Source: Squalus acanthias (Eukaryota). From it: a DNA stretch of 64,000 nt. Under the pieces are notes generated by a model. That model was given only the letters and a program-made list of their open reading frames with translations, made no database searches and was not told where the DNA came from. Below are positions 51,278 to 64,000 of the stretch, in pieces (within the stretch, counting starts at the first letter, position 1; every line of letters begins with the position of its first letter). Position numbers and translations under genes: made by a program. The DNA lies in contig CM059432.1 in the NCBI GenBank assembly GCA_030390025.1, forward strand, positions 116,934,001 through 116,998,000, written 5' to 3'.

Positions 51278-51924
51278 CATAGTTAAGAAAGAAAAGACAA
51301 GGAATAAAATGGATATCACTACTGCATTCTCTTTCTTTCCTGTGTTGTTGTGCCACTTTCTGGTTTGAATGTTAATAGGCTTGTTGCCATCAAGGATCAT
51401 GACATTACAAAGTGAGTCGCTTACATTCTCCACTCATTGTCACCAAATGGAGCAAGCAATTACATATGTAATATTTGTAAAGTCATTTCAAATTTTTATT
51501 AGATATAATAGCACTTTTAAAGATGGGGGCTATTCTTGTGTCTCTATTCTGGGTGGTAGAACAGGTGGAGGAGGAGCTGCAGCCTCAGCAATCTCCACAG
51601 TCGCTGGGCCACTCAGAAGACAGTAGGTGAGGGGAGCTGCTCGTCGGGGGCCAAACCCAGCACACAGGGGATACAGGTCAAAAGTAACCTTTTTGTACTA
51701 ACTGAGGAGCAGTGCAGGAGGAGGCTATACTTCTCCAGGTAGTCTGTTGCTGACCTCTGTAGCCTCCTGGAACAGAATCTACTGCCTGCTGGGCCATGCT
51801 TTGCCAGTGGCCCTCAAAGTCACCACAGCCCTTAATCTTTTTGCCACTGGATCCTTTCAGTCTGCTGCAGGGGACATGAGCTGAATATCACAGTCTGCAG
51901 TACACAGCTACATTAAGTAGGTCA

Positions 51925-54620
51925 TAGTCATAGAGTCATAACGGCACAGAAGGAGGCCATTCGGCCCATCGAGTCCATACCAGCTCTCTGTAGAGCAATC
52001 CAGTCAGTCCCATTCCCCCGCTCTATCCCCGTAGCCCTGCAAGTTTATTTCTCTCAAGTGCCTATCCAGTCTCCCCTTGAAAACATTGAGTGTCTCCGCT
52101 TCCACCACTTCTGTCGGCAGCGAGTTCCAGGTCATCACCACTTGCTGTGTAAAAAAGTTTTTCCTCATATCCCCCCTGTATCTCTTGCCCAAAACCTTAA
52201 ATCTGTGTCCCCTAGTCCTTGTACCATCAACTAGTGGGAACAGCCTTTCCCCGTCTAGCCTATCCAAACCCGTCATAATCTTGTACACCTCTATCAAATC
52301 ACCCCTCAACCTCCTTTGCTCTAATAAAAACAAATCCAGCTTCTCCAACCTGTCCTTGTAGCTAAGATCCCCAATCCCCGGAACCATTCTGGTAAATCTC
52401 CTCTGCACCGTCTCAAGGGCCTTCACATCCTTCCTAAAGTGTGGTGACCAGAACTGGATGCATTACTCCAGTTGTGGCCTAACCAGCACTTTATAAAGGT
52501 TCAGCATAACTTCTCTACTTTTGTACTCAATACCTCTATTTATGAAGCCCAAGATCCCATATGCTTGCTAACCACTATCTCAATATGACCTATGCACATT
52601 AACTCCCAGGTCCTTCTGTCCCTGCACACTCTTTAAAACTGTGCCATTAAGTATATATTGCCTCTCCCTTGTAAGGGGGCGTGTCTCAGACGGTGCTGGT
52701 GCGAGGTTAGGCCTTCGTTGCCTAATACTATTGCTTGCTCTGGTCTCTGGCCAGCCTTATTGCAATAAGCACCTGTGAGTGGTTCGACCCACTCGCCCTT
52801 ACGGTTCTAACACTGGACTTAGGTGCAGGGAGCAGTAATGCAGAGAAAAACTCAAATAGACCCGGTTGAATAGTACGAAATGGAAATCTTTATTGCATGG
52901 CGTCTAAAATCATGAAATACATGTCATAGGCGCAAATCAACGATAGTACAAGTATACATACATTCATAAAGCTTGGTCTGTGGAAATGGAGAACAGACGG
53001 CACATCGTAGAAGGGGGAACACATTATATCTTAACCTTATTAAAACACCCTCCCTTAATAATACCTACACTACGTCTAGATTTGTAGGATCGGAAATCAT
53101 GCTCATCACTCGTTTAATTTCGGAGATTTTAAAGTGAGGCACTCAGCTCGTTTCGCTGCAGCGCCTGACTGTCACGTGTTTGGAAGGGTCTCTGCACCCC
53201 ACTTGTTTACTTTCGCTGCTGCGAAAAGCAGGCCAGACTCCCTGTTGTCATGAAGAACTCGACGGACCTCGGACACAGTTCAAAGAAGAGTCTTCCTGTG
53301 CTCGATACAGGGTGTCGGTAGACTTCAAAGAAAAGTTCTTTATTTATATTTTCGGGCGCGGTCGGGGTTTACTGACCGTAGCGGCACGTGGATTCTTCTC
53401 TTCTTCTTCTCGTCTCGTCTCGTCTCTTCGGGCCTCCGGGTCCAGACACCGTTTACCGACACTTGGGATGGTGTACCCTGTTACTTGCCCTTGTCGGGGC
53501 GGCTCGTTCCGATTGAGCTCCACCCAACACTTGAATAACCGACCAGTACGGCTAAGAGTCAAGAGTCAGCAAAGTCCAGAGAGAAAATCAAGAGCCCACA
53601 AGTCAAACGAGTTCATGAAGAGGCAAGCGAATAAGAGAATAAACCCTCAGCAGTCAGCAGCGAGATAAGAGACCGATGGACATTTGTTCTCTATAGTTAT
53701 AGTGATGTGTCTTCCTTATCTCCCGCTCAAATCTTAATGTTTGTCCTTTGTGTAATATTGGCGCACAAAACTCCCAGCATGGGGCGGTTGTCTTCTTTAA
53801 CGGGTTTCGGTAGCACCTGAAACTGGCCAACTATCCGTTAATGTTTTCCCCATTATTGAGCCCAGCCAGGATGTGTATGAATCGTCTCCCTGACTGGTTT
53901 TGGGGGCCCCCGAATACTGACTTAATCACCCGTCAATGTCTCTCTCATTGTAGAGCTGGGGGGGTATTTGTGTATTGATGTGTCTGGATGGGCCTTCGAT
54001 TGCCCAGTACAATGATCCTTACTGTGCATAGGAAAACGATTCCAGCACTTATATCTTTGCTATTGTTCCAAATGCAAACGGGTTGCATCCTGTCTTTATC
54101 AGTGTCTACTGAGTATGATCCAATCTTATACTAAATGTATATTCGACGCCATTTTGTCTGCCCACTGTGTCTCTGGAAGCTTCTGCCACGATGCGCAGCG
54201 GCCATTTTACAGGCTTCTGTGTCCTTTATTATCAGGACAGCATTTCGTTTAATAAAACTGATCAAACAAATCTGCTTCTCTTGTGTTATTTTGAATCGCG
54301 ATAATTGCGAAACTTTACACCCTGTTCCTTCTGCCAAAATGCATCACCTCACACTTCTCTGTATTAAATTCCATCTGCCACTTGTCTGCCCATTTTGCTA
54401 GCCTTTCTATGTCCTGTTGCAGTCGATTGGTATCATCCTCACTATTTGCCACACCCCCAAGTTTGGTGTCATCGGCAAATTTAGAAATTCTACCCTGTAT
54501 TCCAATATCCAGGTCATTTATATACATCAAAAAAAGCAGTGGCCCCAGCACTGACCCTTGGGGAACATCACTGTCTACCATCCTCCAGTCTGAAAAATAG
54601 CCATTTACCACAACTCACTG
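51925..54620 (-). mobile_element. CR1 3' portion interrupted by a family A LTR
   Basis: [15 protein letters not shown] (54315-54611) continues as VQRRFTRM..WNSLP (52004-52426). Confidence 0.9.
52670..54319 (-). mobile_element. Long solo LTR, family A (1650 bp)
   Basis: TG...CA ends; TSD CCCT; minus-strand TATAAATA ~53341-53348 and AATAAA ~52889-52894. Confidence 0.88.
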
Positions 54621-55092
54621 ACACCCTCTTTGCCAGGGTGGAGCATTACATTTCCTTCCACATTGACCTCAACAATCAACAGGAGAGAGCTTGGGGGTTT
54701 GCAGAATGATCTGGCTTCCCTCGCGTGCTGGGCATTATTGACTGCACACATGTTGCCATCAGGGAACCAGAAGACCAGCCAGCAACATTTGTGAACGGGA
54801 AAGAATTCCACTCGATCGATGTGCAGCTAGTGGCTGATCACAGGAACATCATCATGCAGGCTTGTACTCAAAGAACTGTCATGATGTATTTATCCCGAGG
54901 CAGTCAACCAGCCCCCAAAATTCGAACATGATGGGATGGCTGCTGGGGGACAGGGGATACACCTACAGACGTGGCTACTAACACCACTGTGCAACCCCAT
55001 CATGCCCTAGCAACATAGATATACCCAAAGCCAGGGGACCACCAGGATCACTACAGAACTCACCATAGAGATGCTGAAGCAGAGATTCAGAC

Positions 55093-55328
55093 ACAAAAGC
55101 AAAATTCTGCGGATGCTGGAAATCAGAAATAAAAACAAAATGCTGGCAATACTCAGCAGGTCAGGCAGCATCTGTGGAGAGAGAAACAGAGTTAACGTTT
55201 CAGGTCAATGACCTGATGTCAGGTTCTGATGAAGGGTCATCGACCTGAAACGTTAACTCTGTTTCTCTCTCCACAGATGCTGCCTGACCGGCTGAGTGTT
55301 TCCAGCATTTTCTGTTTTTATTTCAGAG
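55093..55328. mobile_element. Inverted pair of Penelope terminal repeats
   Basis: 55093-55214 is the reverse complement of the tail seen at 55235-55328 and 6221-6340. Confidence 0.85.
55221..55260 (+). ncRNA. Minimal hammerhead ribozyme core
   Basis: GGTT-CTGATGA-AGGGTC atc GACCT-GAAA-CGTT-AACT. Confidence 0.65.
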
Positions 55329-55685
55329 ATTCAGGTATCTTGACTGCTCGGGGGGCTCCGTACAATATGCTCCACATAGAGTCCCCTGCATGCTTGAGGT
55401 GTGCTGCATATTGTACTACCTAGAATTATAGAGAGGCCTGCATTTGTAGGAGGCCGAGCAGTAGCAGCAGCAGCAGGAGTCCTCATTGACGAAGAAGACC
55501 AGGGAAAAGAGGGGAATCAGCAGAAGAAGGAGGGTCACCTCAACGCCTTGCAGCAAGAGATGTAAGGGCCAGCGTATTGGTCAACGGTTCCGCTGAGCTA
55601 ATCATATCCCTGCCCTGAGATGTCACATGGAGTCCCTCTGCTGAACAGTGCTTGATACATACTTCACCACTCCCTTCATCCTGCA

Positions 55686-58031
55686 CTGTGTAATGAGAAA
55701 GGATTAATGAGCAATCTTGTTGTGCGAGGCCCCTTGGTGAGGAGCGATCATAATATGATAGAATTCTTCATTAAGATGGCGAGTGAAGTAGTTGACTCAG
55801 ACTAGGGTCCTGAATTTAAATAAAGGAAACTACGATGGTATGAGGCGCGAGTTGGCTAGGGTGGATTGGGGAGCGTTACTAAAAGGGTTGACGGTGGATA
55901 GGCAATGGCAAACATTTAAAGATCGCATGAATGAACTACAGAATTTGTTCATCACTATTTGGCATAAAAATAAAACAAAAAAGGTGACTCAACCGTGGCT
56001 AACAAGGGAAATTAGGGATAGCATAAGATCCAAGGAGAGGACATATAAATTGGCCAGAAAAAGCAGCAAACCTGAGGATTGGGAGCAGTTTAGGATTCAG
56101 CAAAGGAGGACAAAGGGATTAATTAAGAGGGGGAAAATGGAGTATGAGAGTAAGCTTGCAGGGAACATAAAAACTGACTGTAAAAGCTTCTATACATCTG
56201 TGAAGAGAAAAAGATTGGTGAAGTCAAGCATAGGTCCCTTGCAGTCAGAATCAGGGGAATTTATAATGAGGAACAAAGAAATGGCTGACCAATTAAATAC
56301 ATACTTTGGTTCTGTCTTCACAAAGGAGGACACAAATAAACTCCCAGAGATGTCGGGGAACATAGGGTCTAATGAGAGGGAGGAATTGAATGAAATCAGT
56401 ATTTATAGGGAAATGGTGTGAGGGAAATTGACGGGATTGAAGGCCGATAAATCCCCAGGGCCTGATAAGCTACATCCTAGGGTACTTAAGGAAGTGGCCC
56501 TAGAAATAGTAGATGCATTGCTGGTCATCTTCCAAAATTCTATAGACTCTGGAACAGTTCCCATGGATTGGAGGGTAGCTAATGTAACCCCACTATTTAA
56601 AAAAGGTGGTAGAGAAAAAACGGGGAATTATAGACTGGTAAGTCTGACATCGGTAGTGGGGAAAATGCTAGAGTCCATTATAAAAGATGTAATAGCAGAG
56701 CACTTGGAAAACAGTGACAGGATCGGACAAAGTCAACATGGATTTACAAAAGGGAAATCATACCTGATTAATCTACTGGAATTTTTTGAGGATGTAACTG
56801 GTAGAATAGATAAGGGAGAAACAGTGGATGTGGTGTATTTGGACTTTCAGAAGGCTTTCGATAAGGTCCCGCATAAGAGATTAGCGTGCAAAGTTAAAGC
56901 ACATGGGATTGGGGGTAAGGTACTGATTTGGATAGAGAACTGGTTGGCAGACAGGAAGCAAAGGGTTGGAATAAACAAGTCTTTTTCCGAGTGGCAGGCA
57001 GTGACTAGTGGGGTACCACAGGGATCGGTGCTAGGACCCCAGCTATTCACAACATATATTAATGATCTAGACGAGGCAACTAGATGTAATATCTCCAAGT
57101 TTGCAGATGACATAAAGCTGGGTGGGAGTGTGTGCTGTGAGGAGGATGCAGAGAAACTCCAGTATGATTTGGACAGGTTGGGTGATTGGGCAGATGCATG
57201 GCAGATGCAGTATAATGTTGATAAATGTGACGTTATCCACTTTGGTGGCAAAAACAGGAAGACAGATTATTATCTGAACGGCAATAGATTGGGAAAAGGG
57301 GAAGTGCAACGAGATCTGGGAGTCCTTGTGCACCAGTCATTGAAGGTAAGCATGCAGGTGCAGCAGCCGGTTAAGAAGGCAAATGGTATGTTGGCCTTCA
57401 TAGCGAGAGGATTCGAGTACAGGAGCAAGGATGTCTTGCTGCAGTTGTACAGGGCCTTGGTGAGACCACACCTTGAGTATTGTGTGCAGTTTTGGTCGCC
57501 TTATCTGAGGAAGGATGTTCTTGCCATGGAGGGAGTGCAGTGAAGATTTACCAGACTGATACCTGGGATGGCAGGAATGATGTATGAAGAGAGATTGGGT
57601 CGATTAGGCTTATATTCGCTAGAGTTTAGAAGAATGAGAGGGGATCTCATTGAAACTTATAAAATTTTAACAGGACTAGACAGACTAGATGCAGGAAGCA
57701 TGTTCCCGATGGCGTGGGTGTCCAGAACCAGAGGTCACAGTCTAAGGATAAGGGTAAGCCATTTAGGACTGAGATGAGGAGAAATTTCTTCACCCAGAGA
57801 GTGGTGAACCTGTGGAATTCTCTACCACAGAAGGCAGTTGAGGCCAATTCATTAAATATATTCAAGAAGGAGATAGATATATTTCTTAAGGCTAAAGGGA
57901 TCAAGGGATATGGGGAAAAGGCAGGGACAGGTTACTGAATTTGGATGATCAGCCATGATCTCATTAAATGGCAGAGCAGGCTAGAGAGGCCGAATGGCCT
58001 ACTCCTGCTCCTATCTTCTATGCTTCTATGC
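55686..58031 (+). mobile_element. 5'-truncated CR1 LINE (ORF2 pseudogene)
   Basis: RT motifs present; stops at 56419 and 57541; frameshifts; CTTCTATG tail. Confidence 0.93.
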
Positions 58032-58479
58032 ACTAAAACACATTCAAACCATTTCTATATTAATGTCATATTGACAGTGAAAACTGAGAAGCGACTATTA
58101 AAGCATGCTGCAGACCAAAGTGCCAAATGTGATAAAGGTGATTAATCTAATGGCAAACATAATAAATGCCTTTCATTCATTTCTCACCCAAGTAATCAAC
58201 CCGTAGTGTTTTTCTTAAATGAAAAGAAAGATTTGCATTTATATAGCGCCTTTCACGACCACCGGACGTCTGAAAGCGCTTTACAGCCAATGAAGTACTT
58301 TTGGAGTGTAGTCACTGTTGTAATGTAGGAAACGCGGCAGCCAATTTGCGCACAGCAAGCTCCCACAAACAGCAATGTGATAATGACCAGATAATCTGTT
58401 TTTGTTATGTTGGTTGAGGGATATGGAGAGGAGATTGGTGGGGGAGTGGGTGTTGTGAGCTGATGTTGAGAGAGGTGGA

Positions 58480-58765
58480 GGTGAAGAGCTGTACTCTCAC
58501 TTGCTGCTCTTTTGAGGTCATTGAACCTCTTTTTGCTTTGCAAACAGGTCCTGGGGGTGATGCTGGTGGCACTGGCCTTTTCAACTACCTCTGTGCAGGT
58601 CTGCTTCATGGTGGCTTTGGGGACACACTAGTGGGTTTAGGGGGAAAAGCTGCTTCCTCCTTGTCCTCCATTCATCCCATCGGACCTCAGGGAGGCATCT
58701 GAAAAGCAGAGGGGCAGGCTTCGACTCATCTGTCTCCTGATGCTGTGTTCCACACTTGTACAATG
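58480..58765 (-). mobile_element. Harbinger Myb/SANT exon remnant
   Basis: EVVEKASATSITPRTCLQSKKRFNDL. Confidence 0.6.
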
Positions 58766-61674
58766 AAAACTCAAAGCAGGGGATGCAATGGTGAAAGATA
58801 AAAGAATCTAAAGTGCTTTACAGCAAATAAATACTTTTGACGTGTGGTCACTTGTGCAATGCAGGAGAACCCATTGCTCTATAAATTTCCAGTCATGATT
58901 TAGTTTGTTAAAGATTTATCATTGTTAGGAACCCTCTGCTAAATTGGCCAGCACTGAGCTCGAAATTCCTCCTCTCGAGCTGCCTCTGGAGGCATGACAG
59001 GTGCCAGCAGCTCGGCTAAATTATTTCAATCTTGGACGCACCTCAGGCCTCCTGACTGAGGCGCGCGCTGTCTGTGCGCCATGAGTGACGAGCCCAAAAA
59101 CGGGCTGTGACCAGTCTTTATCCCAAGGGATGGATTTTCCCACAATCCTGTGGCATTTACAATTGAAATGTAAAATAAGGACAGAATGTGTGACTTTAGA
59201 CTGAATTATGTCTGCACACACTCTGGTCCAATTCCTCGCTGTCTGACCCCCTTTCATCCGAAGAGCGCATTTGGTCTTCGCGCCTTCTGTGTGAATATAT
59301 ACAGATCTGATGACATCTGGAAAGTAACCATGCCGATTTTCTGAAATACAGGTCAGGACAGATCACACAGAATAACAATCTACTTAAAAGCTGCAATTTT
59401 AACCAATTGCAAACCAAAAATTATTTTTTTTCAAACCGGTTCCAGTTGCCACAATGAATTTCGGACAGAGCTGAATAAGTAACGGTTTGAATACCGCTCT
59501 TAACGTAAGAAACCACATAAACAGAATTAAATATATTGTGCTCAAATCATTACATTTTGCCATAATATTAATAATTTAATGTTAAATGTGCTGGCAAGAA
59601 GTAGCAACCATGCAGGCCTGCCCTTTGCTTTGCAGCCTGGGACTTGAGTGTTTGGAATTTCCAGCTCTTGAGGACGAATTCTGTCAGAGAGTTGCATCAT
59701 AGGGAGAGCTAAATCAAGCACTCCACTTGCCTCTTGGAGCACAAGAGGCGGGGAATGTCCTGATCCAGGGCGATGTGCTCAGTGGCGCCACGTGTGGCCA
59801 CGCGTGGTGCTGCCGCATTGCAGGAACTCTTCCCTCAAAAGGGAAAGGCTCCTCGCTGCGAGCACTGCGTTATTTTTTTAGCAGGGGTGCGGGAGTGCCG
59901 CGCGATCAGCGATATTTTAATGATGCTCAGAAAAGAATTTTTTTTTTAAATTGGTGATTTTTTTTCATGACGGCCAGCCACCGCGCCTTTAAATGGCGCC
60001 CCGCGAGCGGCCGGCCTCACTGTTCGCGACCCCTGCAGCAGTCGGTAACATCGCCCGGCGCTGCTGCGGGGCTCGAGGGGGAATTTATCTCCCGAGGTGC
60101 TACTGGGGCACTGCGCCCAGAGATGATGTCATGATCTCCGGGTGCCATCACTAACCTCCCACAGAATTTCACGGGGTGCGCGGTTAGCGCCTCGGGGGGA
60201 CGAAAAGCCATTTGCGCCCCGTTAGCGCCTCCCACCACTTCCCTCCATGATTTGCTGGGCGGGTTTAGGAAGTGACGTTTCACGGACACCAATTTCAAAA
60301 ATGGGTTCTGAGTCAGTTGCAGGGCCCTTATTAGCATATTTTAATGATGCCTGCATTGGATAGGGAGCGCCCAGACCAATGTGGTGTCACCGTTCTGGCA
60401 CAGGACGTCATGCAGAAAGATTGCACCTTCTGGTGTCCATTTTGGACCTGGATATCAATTTCTGTCCCTTTATATTTGTGAGTTCCCTGCGTCTTTCAGT
60501 ATCAGTATATATTAGTTAGCTTAACACCACCTTGCTTTTGGTCATTGCGTTCAACAATTATTGGAATATTAAACTTGATGGTTATAAAGTGGGCAGTATT
60601 GGATCAACTGCCTGATCACCCACCTCACCTTCCTTTCCATTGGCAGGGCGAATAATGGGGGGGCCGAACCGCTCCAGCCCGTTTTACGCCCTTCAGAAAT
60701 TGACAGTTCGGCTCACTGTTGGAATTCTATCTGTAGGTAATTGGATTATTTAAGAATGTATAACACGAAACAAACAAATATCAGCATTACCAATTCCACT
60801 GAAACTGCTCCATGCTTTAGGCCAAGGCCTGGAAAGTAACATTCCCCTGCTTGGCTGCTATTACTGTGCCCCTGAATGAAAATGAGTCCCCATTTAATTT
60901 CTCATTTCCAATATACCAGGAAAAAGTTACAATAATGAAAGACGCTTCTGAAAGAGATATTAAACTGTCACACTCCTATTCATCAAACTGGTTGCTTTCC
61001 AGCACTCTTCAATCATTGTGCAATTTAATGACAGATTTTATTGTTTGAACAACCGTGAGTGCAGTGCAAAATCAATATGGCATGTGAAAAGAATAAGGCT
61101 ACTGTACTAGGCATTTGCTATGGTAACCAAAGTACGCACAATTTCAGCTGTTTAATCTTATGGGATGGTCACGCCGCACAGATTGTGTTGCAGAAAAGTA
61201 AGGAGGAATTTTAACTGAGTGTGGGATTCGGGCGGGCATGGGGTGGGGAGTGCGCCAAATACACATAGGCAGTGTGAGGCTGGGCAATTTGAAATCCTGG
61301 GCCTCATGTGCAAGCTGCTCACCCAGAACAGGCGGAAAGGGGTAGCTGGCCGTCGAGGTGGGGGGTTGGGGGGGGAGCGGATGTTCAGCTGGCAGGAGGC
61401 CTCCGGCCGGCACCAGAAGAAGGCTTTCCAGCAAGAAGGTAACTCACTGGGAGGGAGGTTTGGGAGACTCGTGGGAGGCCAGGGGGAGGGTGGTGGGTGG
61501 TGGGGGGAGGTGGTGGTGCGGGGGGAACTTGGAGCAGAGGAGGCTTCAACCTACATTATTGGGCCCAGAGGATCACTGCTGTTCCTTCTAGCCCCACAAG
61601 GAAAGTAAAAACTTACCTTAAGTAGCCTCTTCTGGTCGATGACCACATTAGATCCGAATCTGCACATTTAAAGA

Positions 61675-62052
61675 ACGACATACGACATACGAACATACGA
61701 ATTAGGAGCAGGAGTAGGCCACTCGGCCCCTCGAGCCTGCTCCGCCATTCAATAAGATCATGGATGATCTGATTAGTTCACATTCCCGCCTACCCCTGAT
61801 AACTTTTCACCCCCTTGCTTATCAAGAATCTATCTCCCTCTGCCTTAAAAATATTCAAAGACTCTGCTTCCACCGCCCTCTGAGGAAGAGAGTTCCAAAG
61901 ACTCACGACCCTCTGTGAGAAACAATTTCTACTCATCTCTGTCTGAAATGGGCGACCCCTTATTTTTAAACAGTGACCCCTAGTTCTAGATTCTCCCACA
62001 AGAGGAAACATCCTCTCCACATCCACCCTGTCCAGACCCCTCAGAAACTTAT
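61675..62052 (-). mobile_element. CR1 3' fragment
   Basis: DVERMFPLVGESRTRGH..LWNSLP; (CATACGAA)n tail on plus strand. Confidence 0.85.
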
Positions 62053-64000
62053 GGGGGAAAAATTCGGTTGGTTTGCGCCTCCCGTTAGCGCCTTAAGAGG
62101 GCGCTAATGGGGCGCAAAGCAACTAGCACCCAGGGCGCGGCGATGTCTGCGCCACTCGCGAAATTGACCAGACATTTTGTGGCGGCGCTAAACACTACCG
62201 CTCCGATCTCCTGCGCCCGCAGATCTTGACGTCAGTCGAGCGTGCAACGCCCTTGTGGTGCCCCAGACTGGATATTGAGTGGCAACCCCCTCCTTTCCGC
62301 CTGGCGCAAGCAACGACAGGGAGACTGGAACGTTTCCCAGTCGGTGAGGGCTGGGGGGGCGCTATTTACAGGCACCCTCTTCCTGGTTTTTTCTGTGGTA
62401 GACATTTTTGCACCACTCATTCTGACAGAGAGAGAGATTCTGAGAGAGAGAAGGAGAGACTTCTGCATAGATTCAACGCTGTGTGAATAGTTTTGGCTAC
62501 TGAACATCACTTTGCAGGTACTTTTGGATTTGACCTTCATTACTTCGATTACCTATGGGGGCTGCACTGATTCGGGGCGTCGTCCTGCGCCTGCAGAATC
62601 GGAGGCAACAGAGACGCAGAGAGAGTGGCAATCATGGCCAGAGGGAGGAGGGCCAACAGGCCTCTGTACAGGAGACCTTCCCCTCCCAGGGTATTTCGGC
62701 AACAATTCTCCTACATTAATATGTCTGAGGAGCAGTGTTTGTGCAGGCTGCGCTTCAGCAAGGAGGTGGTCACTGAGCTCTGCCACCTGCTGCAGCCAGA
62801 TCTGCAGCCTCAACTGAGGACCAGGACGTCTCTGTCGGTGGCAGTGAAGGTCACAGTGGCTCTGAACCTTTATGCCACCGGCTCCTTTCAAGCAGCTACT
62901 GGGGTCATCGCCAATATCTCCCAGTTCGCGGTCCATTGCTATATCCGTCAGGTCACAAATGCCCTCTACAAAAGGAGACGCCAGTACATCTCTTTCCTGA
63001 TGACCCAGGCCAAACAGCATGAGCGTGCATTGGGCTTTGCTAGGATAGTGGGCTTCCCCATGGTGCAGGGTGCCATTGACTGCACGCATGTGGCATTGCG
63101 GGCACCGCATGAGAATGCAGAGGTTTTCCGAAACCGCAAGGGGTTCCACTCCTTAAACGTCCAGTTGATCTGTGACCACAGACAGCTGACACTCGCTGTC
63201 AATGCCCGCTATCCTGGCAGCAGCCACGATGCTTTCATCCTGCGCCAGACTGCTGTGCCAGAACTTTTCCAGGCACCGCATCAGCCAAGTGGTTGGCTCC
63301 TCGGGGACAAGGGTTATCCACTCTGCACCTGGCTGATGACACCGCTCCGAAACCCCAGCACCCCTGCTGAGCTGCGGTACAACGAGAGCCATCTCACCAC
63401 CAGGAACATCGTTGAGCAGACGAGCGGCGTGCTCAAGCAATGGTTCCGCTGTCTGTACCACTCAGGAGTAGCCCTGCAGTACTCGCCTGAGCGAGTCTCC
63501 CTCTTCATAGTTGTGTGCTGCATGCTGCATAACCTGGCAATCCTCAGGACCCAGCCAATGCCACGAGGCCTTGGAGCACCACCGGAGGAGGAGGAGGAAG
63601 AGCAGGAGGAAGATCATCAGCAGCACCAAGGCAGGAGGGAGGCCCACAATGTTGAAACTGCAAGGGCCGTCTGTCAACGGCTGATAACAAGCGGCTTCTA
63701 GGCCCCTGCTGAGGAAATGGCTTCTGGCATGGCGAGCAACATGAATGAAAGCAACCCGCAACCCCAAAGCCGGCCAAGGCAGCAATGATTCCAAAGGCCA
63801 AACCTGTACATTTTGAATACAAAAACTTTTTATTTTACAAACTCTGTGTGTGTCATTTCTTCATGACAAACTAATAGAAAGAAATACAAAAAAATCATTC
63901 ATTAACATAACTGGTTCTCACAACCTGGAGATAATGGCCAAAACACTAAACAAAAGTTTGAACACGAACCTCGGCCTTTAATAAAAAATTAACCAACATT
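62053..64000 (+). mobile_element. Harbinger transposon related to 37147-45849, running off the window
   Basis: TIR GGGGGAAAAATTCGG after TAT; homologous to the reverse complement of 44666-45849. Confidence 0.9.
62625..63701 (+). CDS. Harbinger (HARBI1-like) DDE transposase
   Basis: 358 open codons; GAIDCTHV, GSSHDAFIL, LLGDKGY, RNIVEQ; the true start is probably ATG 62554, shifted out of frame. Confidence 0.85.
   Translation: MAIMARGRRANRPLYRRPSPPRVFRQQFSYINMSEEQCLCRLRFSKEVVTELCHLLQPDLQPQLRTRTSLSVAVKVTVALNLYATGSFQAATGVIANISQFAVHCYIRQVTNALYKRRRQYISFLMTQAKQHERALGFARIVGFPMVQGAIDCTHVALRAPHENAEVFRNRKGFHSLNVQLICDHRQLTLAVNARYPGSSHDAFILRQTAVPELFQAPHQPSGWLLGDKGYPLCTWLMTPLRNPSTPAELRYNESHLTTRNIVEQTSGVLKQWFRCLYHSGVALQYSPERVSLFIVVCCMLHNLAILRTQPMPRGLGAPPEEEEEEQEEDHQQHQGRREAHNVETARAVCQRLITSGF

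Larger units (their letters stand above)
51522..55600 (+). pseudogene. Old Harbinger transposase split by CR1, LTR and Penelope insertions
   Basis: VALKVTTALNLFATGSFQ (~51805); [20 protein letters not shown] (54725-54840); GWLLGDRG (~54935); C-terminus ~55330-55600. Confidence 0.75.

Noticed and set aside
59196..59340. Possible minus-strand exon after TATTTCAG
   Set aside because: No recognisable product in any frame and no convincing donor site.
62625..63701. Domesticated host HARBI1 gene
   Set aside because: Flanked by a TIR, inserted in a CR1 fragment, and has a near-identical decayed paralog in the window; it is a transposon copy.

Overview
Repeat-dominated vertebrate non-genic or intronic DNA, most likely from a cartilaginous fish (inferred from the Deu-type SINE, CR1, Penelope and Harbinger families). 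No host protein-coding gene can be confidently identified. The main find is an internally deleted endogenous foamy-like (spumaretrovirus-like) provirus at 38711-44661. It has two LTRs, a tRNA-Lys PBS, a PPT, a 4-bp TSD, and RNase H and integrase that follow prototype foamy virus motif by motif. It is inserted in a two-gene PIF/Harbinger transposon, and a related solo LTR lies at 22762-24775. Also present: a near-intact CR1 LINE whose AUG-less ORF2 is reachable through a U_UUA_AAC slippery site at the ORF1 stop; five other solo LTRs from three families; three ~890-bp Harbinger deletion derivatives; a Harbinger transposase ORF with an intact DDE triad; Penelope elements carrying hammerhead ribozyme cores; and many LINE, SINE and MITE fragments in multi-level nests. 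All family assignments are by eye and recalled motifs; no searches were run.
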